Positions 39,936 to 50,318 are shown, numbered from the stretch's first letter. The stretch is 64,000 nucleotides of DNA from Parcubacteria group bacterium LiPW_41 (GCA_007375535.1 VMEM01000001.1:103462-167461), one strand, 5' to 3'. Numbers and translations: made by a program. Notes: generated by a model from the letters alone, not told the origin.

Positions 39936-41624
39936 TTACTTATTGATTTCTTTTAACCATTGGATTGTACCTGTTGCTCGCTCTACTTCTTCGATGGTTG
40001 TTATTCCTTGTAAAACTTTTAGGAATCCATCTTCTTGCATAGTAACCATTCCTTGGTTCTTTGCTGATTTAAATAAATCCATTTCTGTTGGGTCTTTATA
40101 AATAAGTTCACGTATTGCATCGTTTACTACAAATAATTCAAAAATAGAGATGCGCCCCTTGTATCCTAGTCCAGCACACTCAGTACATCCTTTTGCTGAG
40201 AACATGTGTGGGTTGGTATATAACGATTTATCTACACGAGAAGAGAGATTTTTTATAAATGAATCTATTCCCGATAGCACCCCACTAGAAAGGGGAATTT
40301 CTTCTTTACACTTCTTACAAAGTACACGAACAAGTCGTTGAGCAATAATAAGTGAAAGCGCCGGCCCCAAAATATTTGGTTTTGCCCCCAAATCAAGAAA
40401 ACGAGGAATTGCACCAATAGCATCATTGGTGTGAAGTGTTGAAAAAACAAGGTGACCAGTAAGAGAGGACTCGAGTGCAATCTCTGCGGTCTCTTTATCT
40501 CTGATTTCTCCAATAAGAATAACATCTGGGTCTTGTCTTAAGATAGATCGGAGTCCTGATGCAAAAGTATAATTAGCGTTTGAATTTACTTGGGTTTGTG
40601 AAACTCCATCAAGATGGTATTCGATAGGGTCTTCAACGGTGATTATTTTTATCTCTGGTGTGCTGACACTTTTTAAAAATGCATAGAGTGTTGTTGTTTT
40701 TCCTGATCCAGTAGGACCAGTATTTAAAATAAGTCCGTTTGGTTGGTCTATTGTTTCTTTAACAATTATAAGATCGTCTTTTCTCCACCCAAGATCTTCG
40801 AGGTTAACTTTAAGTGATAATGGGTCTAATATACGCATTACAACGGTCTCCCCATATTCAGAAGGAATAATTGAAGTACGAACCTCAATATCTCTATCTG
40901 AGAGTCCTATGGTGAACCTCCCGTCTTGTGGTTCGTTAGTAATATTAAGTTTTAGATTTGAAAGAAGTTTTATTCTTGTAATTACAGATTTGTAAACGTG
41001 TAACGAAAATTTATCAAATACTGTATGTAGTATCCCATCGATACGAAGACGGAGGATGCCGGTCTCATCAACTGGTTCCATGTGTATATCTGATGCTTTT
41101 AAAGCCATCGCTCCAGCAAGGATGATTTCAAGCATTTGAGATATAAAAGGGCTGGAAAAATTTGCAAGATGTGATTCGAGGTCTTTTAGTGTTTTTACTT
41201 CTCCTAAAATAATACGGAGATTTTCCTCGTTTATATCAACCTTTCCAGAAATCTCTTTTGTCTCTTCTGGGACATATTTATAGTATCCCCACCCATGTTC
41301 GAGACTTAGTCGAGATACAACATAAATTTCAACAGAAAAGCCCTCCGCCTTAAGAGATTCTATGATTGTGTGTGCTTCTGGGAGACGTGGGTCAAACGCA
41401 GCAACAACAATTTTGGTTTTGGTGATGTGAAGTGGTACAAGAAGGGCTTTTCGCGCAGAAATTTCGGAAATTTTTTGCATTGCCTTTAATTCTGTTGGTA
41501 CACGAGTAGAAACTATATCAAGATAATGAAGTCCAATTTGTGCTGCGCGGCGTTTTGCGTCACTTTCTTCGGCAAACCTACGCGCTTTCTGAAGTTGTTC
41601 TTGTAAAAGTTTGTTGTTGAACAT
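39936..41624 (-). CDS. pilB: GspE/PilB family pilus assembly ATPase
   Basis: ASDIH, PQDGRF, TGPTGSGKTT, LRQDPD, TGHLVFSTLHTN, Zn-binding Cys pairs. Confidence 0.9.
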   Translation of the reverse strand: MFNNKLLQEQLQKARRFAEESDAKRRAAQIGLHYLDIVSTRVPTELKAMQKISEISARKALLVPLHITKTKIVVAAFDPRLPEAHTIIESLKAEGFSVEIYVVSRLSLEHGWGYYKYVPEETKEISGKVDINEENLRIILGEVKTLKDLESHLANFSSPFISQMLEIILAGAMALKASDIHMEPVDETGILRLRIDGILHTVFDKFSLHVYKSVITRIKLLSNLKLNITNEPQDGRFTIGLSDRDIEVRTSIIPSEYGETVVMRILDPLSLKVNLEDLGWRKDDLIIVKETIDQPNGLILNTGPTGSGKTTTLYAFLKSVSTPEIKIITVEDPIEYHLDGVSQTQVNSNANYTFASGLRSILRQDPDVILIGEIRDKETAEIALESSLTGHLVFSTLHTNDAIGAIPRFLDLGAKPNILGPALSLIIAQRLVRVLCKKCKEEIPLSSGVLSGIDSFIKNLSSRVDKSLYTNPHMFSAKGCTECAGLGYKGRISIFELFVVNDAIRELIYKDPTEMDLFKSAKNQGMVTMQEDGFLKVLQGITTIEEVERATGTIQWLKEINK

Positions 41625-41744
41625 AACTATATGTATATTCTACCTATTTATTCTTTAACTTGACAGAGTAGGTAATAGCTTGATTTTTTTCTGTTTTGGT
41701 GGTATAATTATCTCATACATTAAATTATTAATAAAGGAGAGAAA

Positions 41745-42149
41745 ATGAAACGACTAATTGTATTATTCGTTTTTATATCAATGGTTTTCACTGGTTGTGG
41801 GTATATCTCTGTGGGTCTCCGTACTAATGTCCCATATAACCGGGGTGATGGAGTTGTTGTAACTTGCCCGGTTAGCATTGGGAAAATAGTATTGAAAAAA
41901 TACTCTCGGTTTACCGAAGGGCAGGAATACACGGTTGTTCCTGGAAAAGAAACAAAAATATGTGCCGATGGCACATTTTCAGACCAGCCTATGACCTTGG
42001 TTGGTTTCGTTTACAACAAAAAAGGTCAGATTGTGGGACGTGTATCTCGCGAATTCAGGTTTGACGGAAATTCGTTTGAGGTTCGTATTCATACGTGGAA
42101 TATCACAAACTGGGAGAGTACGCGAAGTGAAAATGACTGGTGGTGGTAA
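41745..42149 (+). CDS. Hypothetical lipoprotein in a stand-alone unit
   Basis: Lipobox FTGC; promoter TTGATT-17-TATAAT (41680-41708), AAGGAG SD, downstream hairpin terminator at 42160-42191. Confidence 0.7.
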   Translation: MKRLIVLFVFISMVFTGCGYISVGLRTNVPYNRGDGVVVTCPVSIGKIVLKKYSRFTEGQEYTVVPGKETKICADGTFSDQPMTLVGFVYNKKGQIVGRVSREFRFDGNSFEVRIHTWNITNWESTRSENDWWW

Positions 42150-42207
42150 AAAGTAATATTTGCCCGTGCATTATGCGCGGGCGATTTTTTTTGTTATCTT
42201 AAAAGCA

Positions 42208-43014
42208 ATGATTGTTTTCCTGTATGGAGAAGATGTATATAGGAGGGAGGTAAAAGTAAAAGAACTCCTCACAACAAACCGTGAAAAAAATAAAGACGCG
42301 GATATTAAGGTTTTTGATTTATATGAAAACAAAGAGGTGTGGAAAGAAGCGAGAGAGTTTCTTTCTCAACCTTCAATGTTTTCTGATAAAAAAACAGTAG
42401 TGATATATGGAAGTGGAGAGGCTGACATAAAAGAGTGGAGAGAACTACTAAAAAGAGAAGCACACACAAAAGAACATGTGGTAATTATTTCGGATGAAAA
42501 GGCACCCAAAAAAAACTTCTTATTCCTTTTAGGTCCAGATATTAAAACAAGCGAATACGCAGAGCTTGATGGAAAAAAACTCGAGATATTTTTGAGGCGA
42601 GAAGCAGAACAATTTGGTGTCCTTTTTGATGGTGGAGCGTGGAGTGTTTTTTTATCGCACATCGAGTCGTTTCCATTGCGAAGCGCTGCGGGTGTTCGCG
42701 AACTTGAAAAGTGTGCCCTGTTTTCAAAAAACGAAACAATAAACACAAAAAAACTACTTTCAATAATACAAACCTCAGAAACAAAAGATGTGTATGCTAT
42801 AGCTCGTTCCATTGTTTCAGAAAAAAAACGAGAAAAAAAGATGACTCTTCTTGAGTGTGCACTTCTTAACAAAGTTGACCCAGCACATCTTTTTAACACG
42901 CTTGTGTATGTGGTAAACGGAAAGGACGCCGAACGTCTTGCGAGCGCTGATATAAAAATAAAAAGCGGGAACGCTGAATACGAAGAAGCACTTTTTTCTT
43001 TTGTGTTAAATTAA
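42208..43014 (+). CDS. holA: DNA polymerase III delta subunit
   Basis: MIVFLYGED start, PSMFSDKK, ELEK, ADIKIKSG; adjacent to rpsT. Confidence 0.8.
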   Translation: MIVFLYGEDVYRREVKVKELLTTNREKNKDADIKVFDLYENKEVWKEAREFLSQPSMFSDKKTVVIYGSGEADIKEWRELLKREAHTKEHVVIISDEKAPKKNFLFLLGPDIKTSEYAELDGKKLEIFLRREAEQFGVLFDGGAWSVFLSHIESFPLRSAAGVRELEKCALFSKNETINTKKLLSIIQTSETKDVYAIARSIVSEKKREKKMTLLECALLNKVDPAHLFNTLVYVVNGKDAERLASADIKIKSGNAEYEEALFSFVLN

Positions 43015-43041
43015 AAACTCTCCATTTTGGAGAGTTTTTAA

Positions 43042-43293
43042 TTATTTAAGTTTTTTAGCGAGACGGGATTTCATGCGGTTTGCTTTTCCTTTTTTGATAA
43101 GCTTCACCTTTGCCATCTTGTCTATTGTTTTATAGGTTTCTGCAAGTTTTGTTTTTGCCTCTTCTTTACTTGTAGAAAGTGAACGAGAAAAATTCTTCAC
43201 CGCGATTTTAAGGGTGTTTTTTCGTGAAACATTTCGTGCGTTTCTTGTCTTGTTTTGTCGTAATGCTTTTTTTGCTGAACTTGTTTTTGGCAT
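43042..43293 (-). CDS. rpsT: 30S ribosomal protein S20
   Basis: SAKKALRQ..RN, IDKMAK..LIKKGKANRMKSRL. Confidence 0.96.
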   Translation of the reverse strand: MPKTSSAKKALRQNKTRNARNVSRKNTLKIAVKNFSRSLSTSKEEAKTKLAETYKTIDKMAKVKLIKKGKANRMKSRLAKKLK

Positions 43294-43384
43294 ATCTCTA
43301 TAGCTAAAGTAAAGCGTATTTTTTATAAAATGTCAAAGTCCGTAGATGGTTTATTGGTTGTTTATTGTGGGGTATACTTATCGC

Positions 43385-43951
43385 ATGTGGTATTCCATTA
43401 CTGGAGAAGTACAAGAGAAAAAGAAAGGTTTTTTTGTCCTTTTGGTGAACGGACTTGGATATAAAATCTATACAAACACAAATACACTTGGTGTGGTTGA
43501 TGGAAAAACCACAGTATATACACACATTCATGTTCGTGAAGATGCATTTGATATATTTGGTTTTTTAACAGAAGAGACCCTCCTTCTTTTTGAAATGCTT
43601 ATATCTGTTTCTGGTGTTGGACCAAAAACAGCACTTGGGATTCTTGATCTTGATAATGTTTCGAATCTTACTGCTATCATTTTAGAAAAACGAGCAGATA
43701 TACTTTCGCGCGCATCTGGTATTGGAAAGAAAACAGCAGAAAGGATTATTTTAGAACTTCACACAAAAATGAAAGAGTTTGGGGTAGTTGAGTCAACCGG
43801 AAACCACGACGTTCGTAACGAAGTAGAAGAAGTTTTGGTAAATCTTGGGTATATTCGTGCTGTGGCACGTAAAACCGCACAAGAAGCAAAAGGAGACACA
43901 ATTGAAGAACGATTAAGAAATGCGCTTCGTTCTATCGGAACAAATAGATAA
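43385..43951 (+). CDS. ruvA: Holliday junction DNA-binding protein RuvA
   Basis: VNGLGY, HVREDA, SVSGVGPKTA, GIGKKTAERIILEL. Confidence 0.95.
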   Translation: MWYSITGEVQEKKKGFFVLLVNGLGYKIYTNTNTLGVVDGKTTVYTHIHVREDAFDIFGFLTEETLLLFEMLISVSGVGPKTALGILDLDNVSNLTAIILEKRADILSRASGIGKKTAERIILELHTKMKEFGVVESTGNHDVRNEVEEVLVNLGYIRAVARKTAQEAKGDTIEERLRNALRSIGTNR

Positions 43952-43953
43952 AC

Positions 43954-45207
43954 ATGAAAAAAATATTTTCTTTCTATCATTATTTGTGGGCTTTTTGGGG
44001 AAATATTATTTATGGGTTTCCAAGTAGAAACCTTTTTGTTGTTGGTGTTACTGGGACGAAAGGGAAGTCAACAACTTTGGAACTTATGAGCGCAATTATG
44101 CAAGAAAAAGGAGAAAAAACGGCGGTTCTTTCTTCGGTTATTAGAAAAGTTGGTGCTCACACACAGAAAAACAAAACAGGAAATTCAATGCCAGGGAGGA
44201 TGGCTATTCAAAAATTTTTATTTCAAGCAAAAAAAGCAAAATGTTCCTATGTGTTTATTGAGGTAACCTCTCAAGGGGTGGTACAACACAGACATAAATT
44301 TATTGATTGGAATGCAGCGGTTTTTTTAAATCTTTCAAAAGAGCACATCGAGTCTCATGGATCATATGAGGCATACCGCAAAGCAAAAATTTCGTTCTTT
44401 GAATATGTTGCACAATCAAAAAAGAAAAAACGAATTTTTATAGTAAATAAAGATGACAAAGAAAGCGCATTGTTTGCAGATGCAGTGCGTCATAATTTTG
44501 GAAACTCAATATTTTGGTTTTCAAAAAACGAATTTTTAAGGAAGATTTCTGATTATGTTGATATAACATCAGACAAAGCACGCGCAAAATTTAATGAGTG
44601 GATTTTTGCAGACTTTAACCTTGAAAATGCCGCAGCAGCAGCGACATTTTCAGAAACACAAAATGTTTCATTTGAAACTGTTCAAAAAGCCCTTTCAGAG
44701 GTTCGTGGGGTTTCTGGAAGACTTGAGGTTATACAAAAAAAGCCATTTTCGGTGATTGTGGATTATGCACACACACCAGACTCACTTGAAAAAGTATATA
44801 CAGTTGCACGAAAAGATTATTGTGTTGAACCAACAAATGCACTTGTTGCAATTTTGGGTTCTGCGGGTGGTGGTCGTGATAAGTGGAAGCGTATAGAAAT
44901 GGGTATTATTGCGGGAAAAATGTGTAATGAAATTATTGTTACCAACGAAGATCCTTTTGATGAAGATCCACTTGAAATTATGAACGAGGTGAAAAAAGGG
45001 ATATTACAATCAGGATTTTTAGAACAAAATCTAAAAATGATTCTTGATAGGCGAGAAGCAATTAAACAAGCACTAAAACAAGCAAAAAAAGGAGATGTAG
45101 TTATTGCGACAGGAAAGGGAAGTGAAGAATGGATTCGCTGGGAAAAAGGAAGAAAGGAGTCTTGGAATGAACGAAAAGTTTTTGAAGAAGAATTAGAAAA
45201 AATATAA
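43954..45207 (+). CDS. murE: Mur ligase, MurE-like
   Basis: GVTGTKGKST, EVTSQG, VDYAHTPD, GGGRDKWKR, TGKG. Confidence 0.85.
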   Translation: MKKIFSFYHYLWAFWGNIIYGFPSRNLFVVGVTGTKGKSTTLELMSAIMQEKGEKTAVLSSVIRKVGAHTQKNKTGNSMPGRMAIQKFLFQAKKAKCSYVFIEVTSQGVVQHRHKFIDWNAAVFLNLSKEHIESHGSYEAYRKAKISFFEYVAQSKKKKRIFIVNKDDKESALFADAVRHNFGNSIFWFSKNEFLRKISDYVDITSDKARAKFNEWIFADFNLENAAAAATFSETQNVSFETVQKALSEVRGVSGRLEVIQKKPFSVIVDYAHTPDSLEKVYTVARKDYCVEPTNALVAILGSAGGGRDKWKRIEMGIIAGKMCNEIIVTNEDPFDEDPLEIMNEVKKGILQSGFLEQNLKMILDRREAIKQALKQAKKGDVVIATGKGSEEWIRWEKGRKESWNERKVFEEELEKI

Positions 45208-45212
45208 ACCCC

Positions 45213-45515
45213 TCATCGAGGGGTTTTTGATTTTATACTTCCAATATTCTCTTCATTTGAGTATATAGTTTTCCAAGAAGAGAATTCCAATATTTCGATA
45301 TTTTTTGCAGTTATTGCGCTCCAAAGGAGTTTTCTATTCAATTCCTTTTCCATGTTGTAATGGATAAGGAAAAGAAAATCATGGAGGTTGCTTGCAAAAC
45401 GAGTAAAATTTTCTATAGTGTGACAAACTTTGTTATTTGAAAGCACCGAAATTCTCTCACATCGAAATTGGAGTGTTCGCACACGTTTTTTCTTAAAACG
45501 ATTTTGAGAAAACAT
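45213..45515 (-). CDS. Small hypothetical protein in a stand-alone unit
   Basis: GGAGAGG SD, TTGATT-17-TATAAT promoter, shared terminator at 45206-45228. Confidence 0.55.
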   Translation of the reverse strand: MFSQNRFKKKRVRTLQFRCERISVLSNNKVCHTIENFTRFASNLHDFLFLIHYNMEKELNRKLLWSAITAKNIEILEFSSWKTIYSNEENIGSIKSKTPR

Positions 45516-45619
45516 TTTATCCTCTCCGATTGTTAATATTATAATTATAACATAGATTTAATAAAAAATCAATATATAGGAGGTTTTGTCAAGTAATCCT
45601 GTATAATAAATGAGATATT

Positions 45620-46972
45620 ATGGCTAAACTAACATTCTGTGGTGCGGCGGGGACTGTCACTGGATCTAACTATTTACTTGAATCAGGAGATACTAAAATT
45701 CTCATTGATTGTGGGTTGTTTCAAGGTTCTCATTTTTGTGAAGAAATGAATTACGACCCTTTTGTTTTTAATCCAGAAGAAATAAATACTGTGCTCGTTA
45801 CTCATGGTCATATTGATCATATTGGGAGGATACCAAAACTTTATAAAGAGGGATTTCGAGGAAAAATTATTTCTACCGAACCAACAAAAGATATGGCGGA
45901 GGCACTATTGCTTGATACGGAACACATTCTTTTTGTTGAAGCCGGGAGACACGCGCCATTATATGAGGTAGAAGACGTTGAGAGGGTAATGCATTTGTGG
46001 GAGGGTGTTCCATATCACAAACATATAAACATTGGACCATTTCGCGTTGAATTTTATGATGCGGGGCATATATTGGGGTCAGCTTCTATTCTTATAGAAG
46101 TTGAAGGAAAAAAAATATTATTTTCCGGGGATCTTGGAAATGTGCCCGCACCGTTTATAAACCCAACAGAGCCAATTGATGGTGCAGATTTTGTATTAAT
46201 TGAGTCAACATATGGAAACAGGACCCATGAAAACATTGATAAGAGGAAGGATGAACTTGAAGAAACAATCAAGGAAACAGTAAAAAGGCGGGGAGTGGTA
46301 ATGATTCCAGCTTTTGCGCTTGAACGAACACAAGAGATGATTTATGAATTGAATGAGCTCGTAGAAAATAAAAAAATACATCGAATTCCAGTGTTTATTG
46401 ATAGCCCACTTGCTATCCGTTTAACTGATGTATATAGAAAGTACTCCGCAAATAAAATGTACTTCAACAAAGAAGCGCTCAGTCTTATAAAAAAAGGAGA
46501 TGCAATATTTAATTTTCCTGGTCTCTCATTGTCTTTAACTACCGAAGAATCAAAAGCAATTAATGATATTCCCGCACCAAAAGTTATTATTGCGGGATCT
46601 GGTATGTCACAAGGAGGAAGGATAATTCACCATGAAAAAAGGTATCTTTCCGATCCACGGAGCTCAATTATATTTGTTGGATATCAAACAGCTGAATCAC
46701 TCGGAAGAAAAATTCTTGATGGTGAGACAATAGTGAGAATCGCAAAAGAAGATGTGCCAGTAAGAGCTAAGATACGAGCTATTAGTGGTTATTCAGCACA
46801 CGCCGACCAACCACAATTACTACATTGGATTTCTGGGTTTAGCACACGTCCTCAGAAGATATTTGTTATACATGGAGAATTAGAAAACTCAGAAGTTCTT
46901 GCAACAAAGATAACCACCGAGTTCGGAATAGAAACACACGTCCCACAACAAAAGGAAGTCGTGATATTATAA
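45620..46972 (+). CDS. MBL-fold beta-CASP RNA-processing hydrolase
   Basis: THGHIDHIG, AGHILGS, SGDLG, ESTYG, YSAHAD, HGE. Confidence 0.92.
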   Translation: MAKLTFCGAAGTVTGSNYLLESGDTKILIDCGLFQGSHFCEEMNYDPFVFNPEEINTVLVTHGHIDHIGRIPKLYKEGFRGKIISTEPTKDMAEALLLDTEHILFVEAGRHAPLYEVEDVERVMHLWEGVPYHKHINIGPFRVEFYDAGHILGSASILIEVEGKKILFSGDLGNVPAPFINPTEPIDGADFVLIESTYGNRTHENIDKRKDELEETIKETVKRRGVVMIPAFALERTQEMIYELNELVENKKIHRIPVFIDSPLAIRLTDVYRKYSANKMYFNKEALSLIKKGDAIFNFPGLSLSLTTEESKAINDIPAPKVIIAGSGMSQGGRIIHHEKRYLSDPRSSIIFVGYQTAESLGRKILDGETIVRIAKEDVPVRAKIRAISGYSAHADQPQLLHWISGFSTRPQKIFVIHGELENSEVLATKITTEFGIETHVPQQKEVVIL

Positions 46973-46977
46973 ATACA

Positions 46978-47637
46978 ATGCCAAATACAAAAAAGAAAAC
47001 AATCTCGAGCCGTCCAAGAAAAACAACAAAGAAAAAAGATCCACTCGATCATCTTACTCACACACTAAGATATAAATTTTGTGTGTCCGGTGCCGCAGAA
47101 ACAGGACACTGTGCAAAAGACTCACAAAAAAAAGCCGAAGAGGTAGGAAAAGAGATAGCAAAAAGAGGACTTGTTTTGGTTACTGGGGCTACTACAGGAA
47201 TGCCATATTGGTCTGCAAAAGGAGCGAAGGCAGAGGGTGGTATTGTTATTGGACTTTCACCAGCAGCATCAAAACTTGCACATATAAAATCGTATCATTT
47301 ACCAACAGATCATCACGATTTGATTATCTATACTGGATTTGATTATTCGGGAAGGAATTTATTGCTTACTCGATCGGCTGACGCAATTATCACTATTTGT
47401 GGAAGGGTTGGGACACTCAATGAATTCACTATTGGGTTTGAAGATCACAAACCAATGGGTGTTCTTGAGGGCTCTGGGGGGACCGCTGATTATATTAGAG
47501 AATTACTAGAAAAATCTCATCGTGGATTTGGAAACGTGGTGTTTTCAAGTGATCCAGCAGAACTAGTTGAAAAACTTCTTGTTATGATTCATGAAGAAGA
47601 AGAAAAAAATGGAATTAGTGGAAGGTTGGCGGCATAA
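46978..47637 (+). CDS. LOG/SLOG family protein (TIGR00725-like)
   Basis: VTGATTGMP, GLSPA, GRN, GRVGTLNE. Confidence 0.85.
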   Translation: MPNTKKKTISSRPRKTTKKKDPLDHLTHTLRYKFCVSGAAETGHCAKDSQKKAEEVGKEIAKRGLVLVTGATTGMPYWSAKGAKAEGGIVIGLSPAASKLAHIKSYHLPTDHHDLIIYTGFDYSGRNLLLTRSADAIITICGRVGTLNEFTIGFEDHKPMGVLEGSGGTADYIRELLEKSHRGFGNVVFSSDPAELVEKLLVMIHEEEEKNGISGRLAA

Positions 47638-47640
47638 AAA

Positions 47641-48726
47641 ATGAACGCGGCAAAAAGAATTGGATTAATAGGCGTACTTGCAAGCACTATTATTGGCGCG
47701 GGTATTTTTTCGCTTCCTTTTGTTTTTAATGAAATCGGAGTTGTAAACGGGATTTTATTTCTTATTTTTTTTACTCTTGTATACACCGCAATACACATGA
47801 TGTATGCGACACTTGTTATAAAAAATCCAGGAATGGAGTTTGGTTCGATAGCGAAAAAATATTTTGGTCCTATTGGTGGAGTCATTCAGTGGCTAATGGT
47901 TGGTGAATTATTATTGGTTTGTCTTGCATATCTTATTCTTGCCCCAGAATTTTTTCTTGTTCTTTTTGGTGGGAGTTATTGGATGTATGTTGTTTGTTTT
48001 TGGTTTCTTGGTGTTCTTGGTATGTTACTTCCCATGAAGGGAATTGAAATATCTGAAACAGTTGGACTTATTTCAATTTTTGGACTTATTTCTATAGTTG
48101 GGCTCTATGGATTTTTATACGGTTCTTCAACACCTATAAACAAAGAAATAATAACCTATTCTCAGTTTTTCCTTCCATTTGGTCCGTTGTTGTTCGCATT
48201 TTCCGGGAGACCAAGTATTAAAAAAATTGTTGATGCGTTGAAAGAAAAAAAAGATGTGTATTCAATTATTGCGTGGGGCACTGGGATTCCAGCCGTTCTT
48301 TATGGAATATATACACTTGGTATGCTCCGTATGTATACCGCTAGTGATGGGATAATAGGAACCATATCAAATTTTCCATGGATTATTCCGTCTGCGCTTG
48401 CTGTTTTGGGGGTTGTTGTTTTGTGGACGTCATATTTTATTGTTGGAATAAATGTAAAAGATATTCTTGTCTATGACGCTCGTTTTAAAAAAAGAATAGC
48501 ATTTTTGATTGCATCTCTTGTTCCGTTGTTTCTATCTTTTTTGGGTATACGTGACTTTATTAGTGTAATAAGTTTTATTGGTGGAGTCTTCTTAGCTCTT
48601 GAGGGGATATTTATCGTTCTTATGTGGTGGAAGCAATCACAAAAAAATATATATTTCTTTCTTTCAGTTTTTATTTTTCTTGTATTTTGCGCTGCATTAA
48701 TCCAAGAGATTATACTATTTATATAG
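47641..48726 (+). CDS. Amino acid permease (aromatic amino acid transporter family)
   Basis: STIIGAGIFSLPF, PFGPLLFAFSG, multiple TM helices. Confidence 0.8.
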   Translation: MNAAKRIGLIGVLASTIIGAGIFSLPFVFNEIGVVNGILFLIFFTLVYTAIHMMYATLVIKNPGMEFGSIAKKYFGPIGGVIQWLMVGELLLVCLAYLILAPEFFLVLFGGSYWMYVVCFWFLGVLGMLLPMKGIEISETVGLISIFGLISIVGLYGFLYGSSTPINKEIITYSQFFLPFGPLLFAFSGRPSIKKIVDALKEKKDVYSIIAWGTGIPAVLYGIYTLGMLRMYTASDGIIGTISNFPWIIPSALAVLGVVVLWTSYFIVGINVKDILVYDARFKKRIAFLIASLVPLFLSFLGIRDFISVISFIGGVFLALEGIFIVLMWWKQSQKNIYFFLSVFIFLVFCAALIQEIILFI

Positions 48727-50043
48727 ATGAACAAGGATAGACTACTTCGATGGGTTACAATTTCTTCTTTGTTTTTGGTTCCCTTTAATATCAAAAAGTT
48801 TTTTTTGTTATTAACTAAAAATGAAACCTGGTTTCCGCTTGAGTTTTCAAGTATTTTTTTGTATTTTTCGGAAATTATTATATTGATTCTTTTCCTTTTT
48901 TTGCTTTTTAAAAAAAGAAAAGAAATTTTACAAACAAGTATGTTGGTGTGGCCTACGTTGTTGTTTTTTTTACTTTCCGCTCTATCAATTTTAGTTAGTG
49001 ATACACATATTTTATCCTTATTTTTTTGTCTTCATCTGCTTGTTTCTATTTTTTTCTTTATATCGATTGCGACGGCTATATCTTTGCGCATAATATCTAT
49101 TCGCGACGCAATGAAGGTGCTTGCTGTTTCATCTCTCTTACAAGCAGAGATTGCGATTTTACAATTTATTAATCAAGGATCAATCGGACTAAGATTTTTC
49201 GGAGAAGAAACTATTTCTCTCCTTTCTCGGAATATTGCTCGAATCGATGTTTTTGGCTCTACGTTTATTCGTTCGTATGGGACATTTCCACACCCTAATA
49301 TTCTTGGTGGTTTTTTGGTGTTGGGTGTTGTGGCGTGGATATACCTTTTTTCTTTGCCATCGAAGCAACACGGAATATTTCATCGGTCCCTATCTATTAT
49401 TGGATTGTTTGTTGTTTTGGTTGGTCTCTTGTTTTCTTTTTCTCGTTCTGCTTGGATTGCTGCGGCAATTGCACTTGTCTCTTGTGTTGTAGTTCTTTTT
49501 AAAAACAAATTAAAACACGCTGCTCGTGAAATTGTTTTAATGAGCATGATATTCGCTGTTGTTTTATTTGGGGTGTTTGGGTGGATGGTGTTTTCTCGTG
49601 GAGAAATAAAAAATGATTCAGCGGTAAATGAGCGCGTTGTGTATGTGAATATTGCGCTTGATATGATTGCAGATTATCCGTTTGGTGTTGGGTTTGGTAA
49701 TGGGATGGTTCGTGCAGAACAAGAAGGTAGATACGATTCGTATGGACTCACAAACAAGGCAACACATCAACCAGTTCATAACATCTATCTACTTATAACA
49801 CAAGAAATCGGTGTGGTGGGTATTATTGTTTTTTTGTTTTCTATTTTAACCCTACTTTTTTATAAAAAACGAAAAATACACACACCTGACACGTTGTTTG
49901 TGTATATAATGATCGTCTCTCTTCTTTTTGTCGGTTTTTTTGACCATTACCTTATTACAATAAATTCTGGACGATTGATGTTTTTCTTGGTTTTAGGGAT
50001 AATGGCGGGGCTTTTACAAAAGAATGAAGAAAAGTCCTTGTAG
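48727..50043 (+). CDS. O-antigen ligase/Wzy_C family oligosaccharyltransferase
   Basis: RSYGTFPHPN, FSRSAW, PFGVGFGN, PVHNIYL. Confidence 0.85.
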   Translation: MNKDRLLRWVTISSLFLVPFNIKKFFLLLTKNETWFPLEFSSIFLYFSEIIILILFLFLLFKKRKEILQTSMLVWPTLLFFLLSALSILVSDTHILSLFFCLHLLVSIFFFISIATAISLRIISIRDAMKVLAVSSLLQAEIAILQFINQGSIGLRFFGEETISLLSRNIARIDVFGSTFIRSYGTFPHPNILGGFLVLGVVAWIYLFSLPSKQHGIFHRSLSIIGLFVVLVGLLFSFSRSAWIAAAIALVSCVVVLFKNKLKHAAREIVLMSMIFAVVLFGVFGWMVFSRGEIKNDSAVNERVVYVNIALDMIADYPFGVGFGNGMVRAEQEGRYDSYGLTNKATHQPVHNIYLLITQEIGVVGIIVFLFSILTLLFYKKRKIHTPDTLFVYIMIVSLLFVGFFDHYLITINSGRLMFFLVLGIMAGLLQKNEEKSL

Positions 50044-50105
50044 TTGAATGGATACAATATCTCCCTCCGAAGGAGATGATGCAGGTTCGATTCCTGCCAA
50101 GGACA
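50034..50105 (+). tRNA. tRNA-Arg (anticodon CCG), CCA not encoded
   Basis: GTCCTTG/CAAGGAC-A acceptor, TCTCC-CTCCGAA-GGAGA anticodon arm, GCAGG-TTCGATT-CCTGC T-arm. Confidence 0.93.
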
Positions 50106-50248
50106 CAAGAGAATCGAACCGTAGGCGCACAATAATAAGGAGTGGAACACGACTATATTATTGTAGCGTCTCGACCAAAGGGAGAGGCGATTCCTGCCAA
50201 GGACACAAGAGAATCGAACCGTAGGCGCACAATAATAAGGAGTGGAAC
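50088..50248 (+). repeat. 61-bp exact direct repeat with 100-bp period that begins in the tRNA-Arg T-loop
   Basis: 50088-50148 is identical to 50188-50248. Confidence 0.95.
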
Positions 50249-50318
50249 TTTGGATTGGGAGTAAAAAACAGTTAATAAAGAAACTTTTGTTTTTTAATTA
50301 ACGTTATACAATAACAAT

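Noticed and set aside
50088-50248. CRISPR array
   Set aside because: Only two copies, 61 bp long, derived from the tRNA end, and no cas genes in the window
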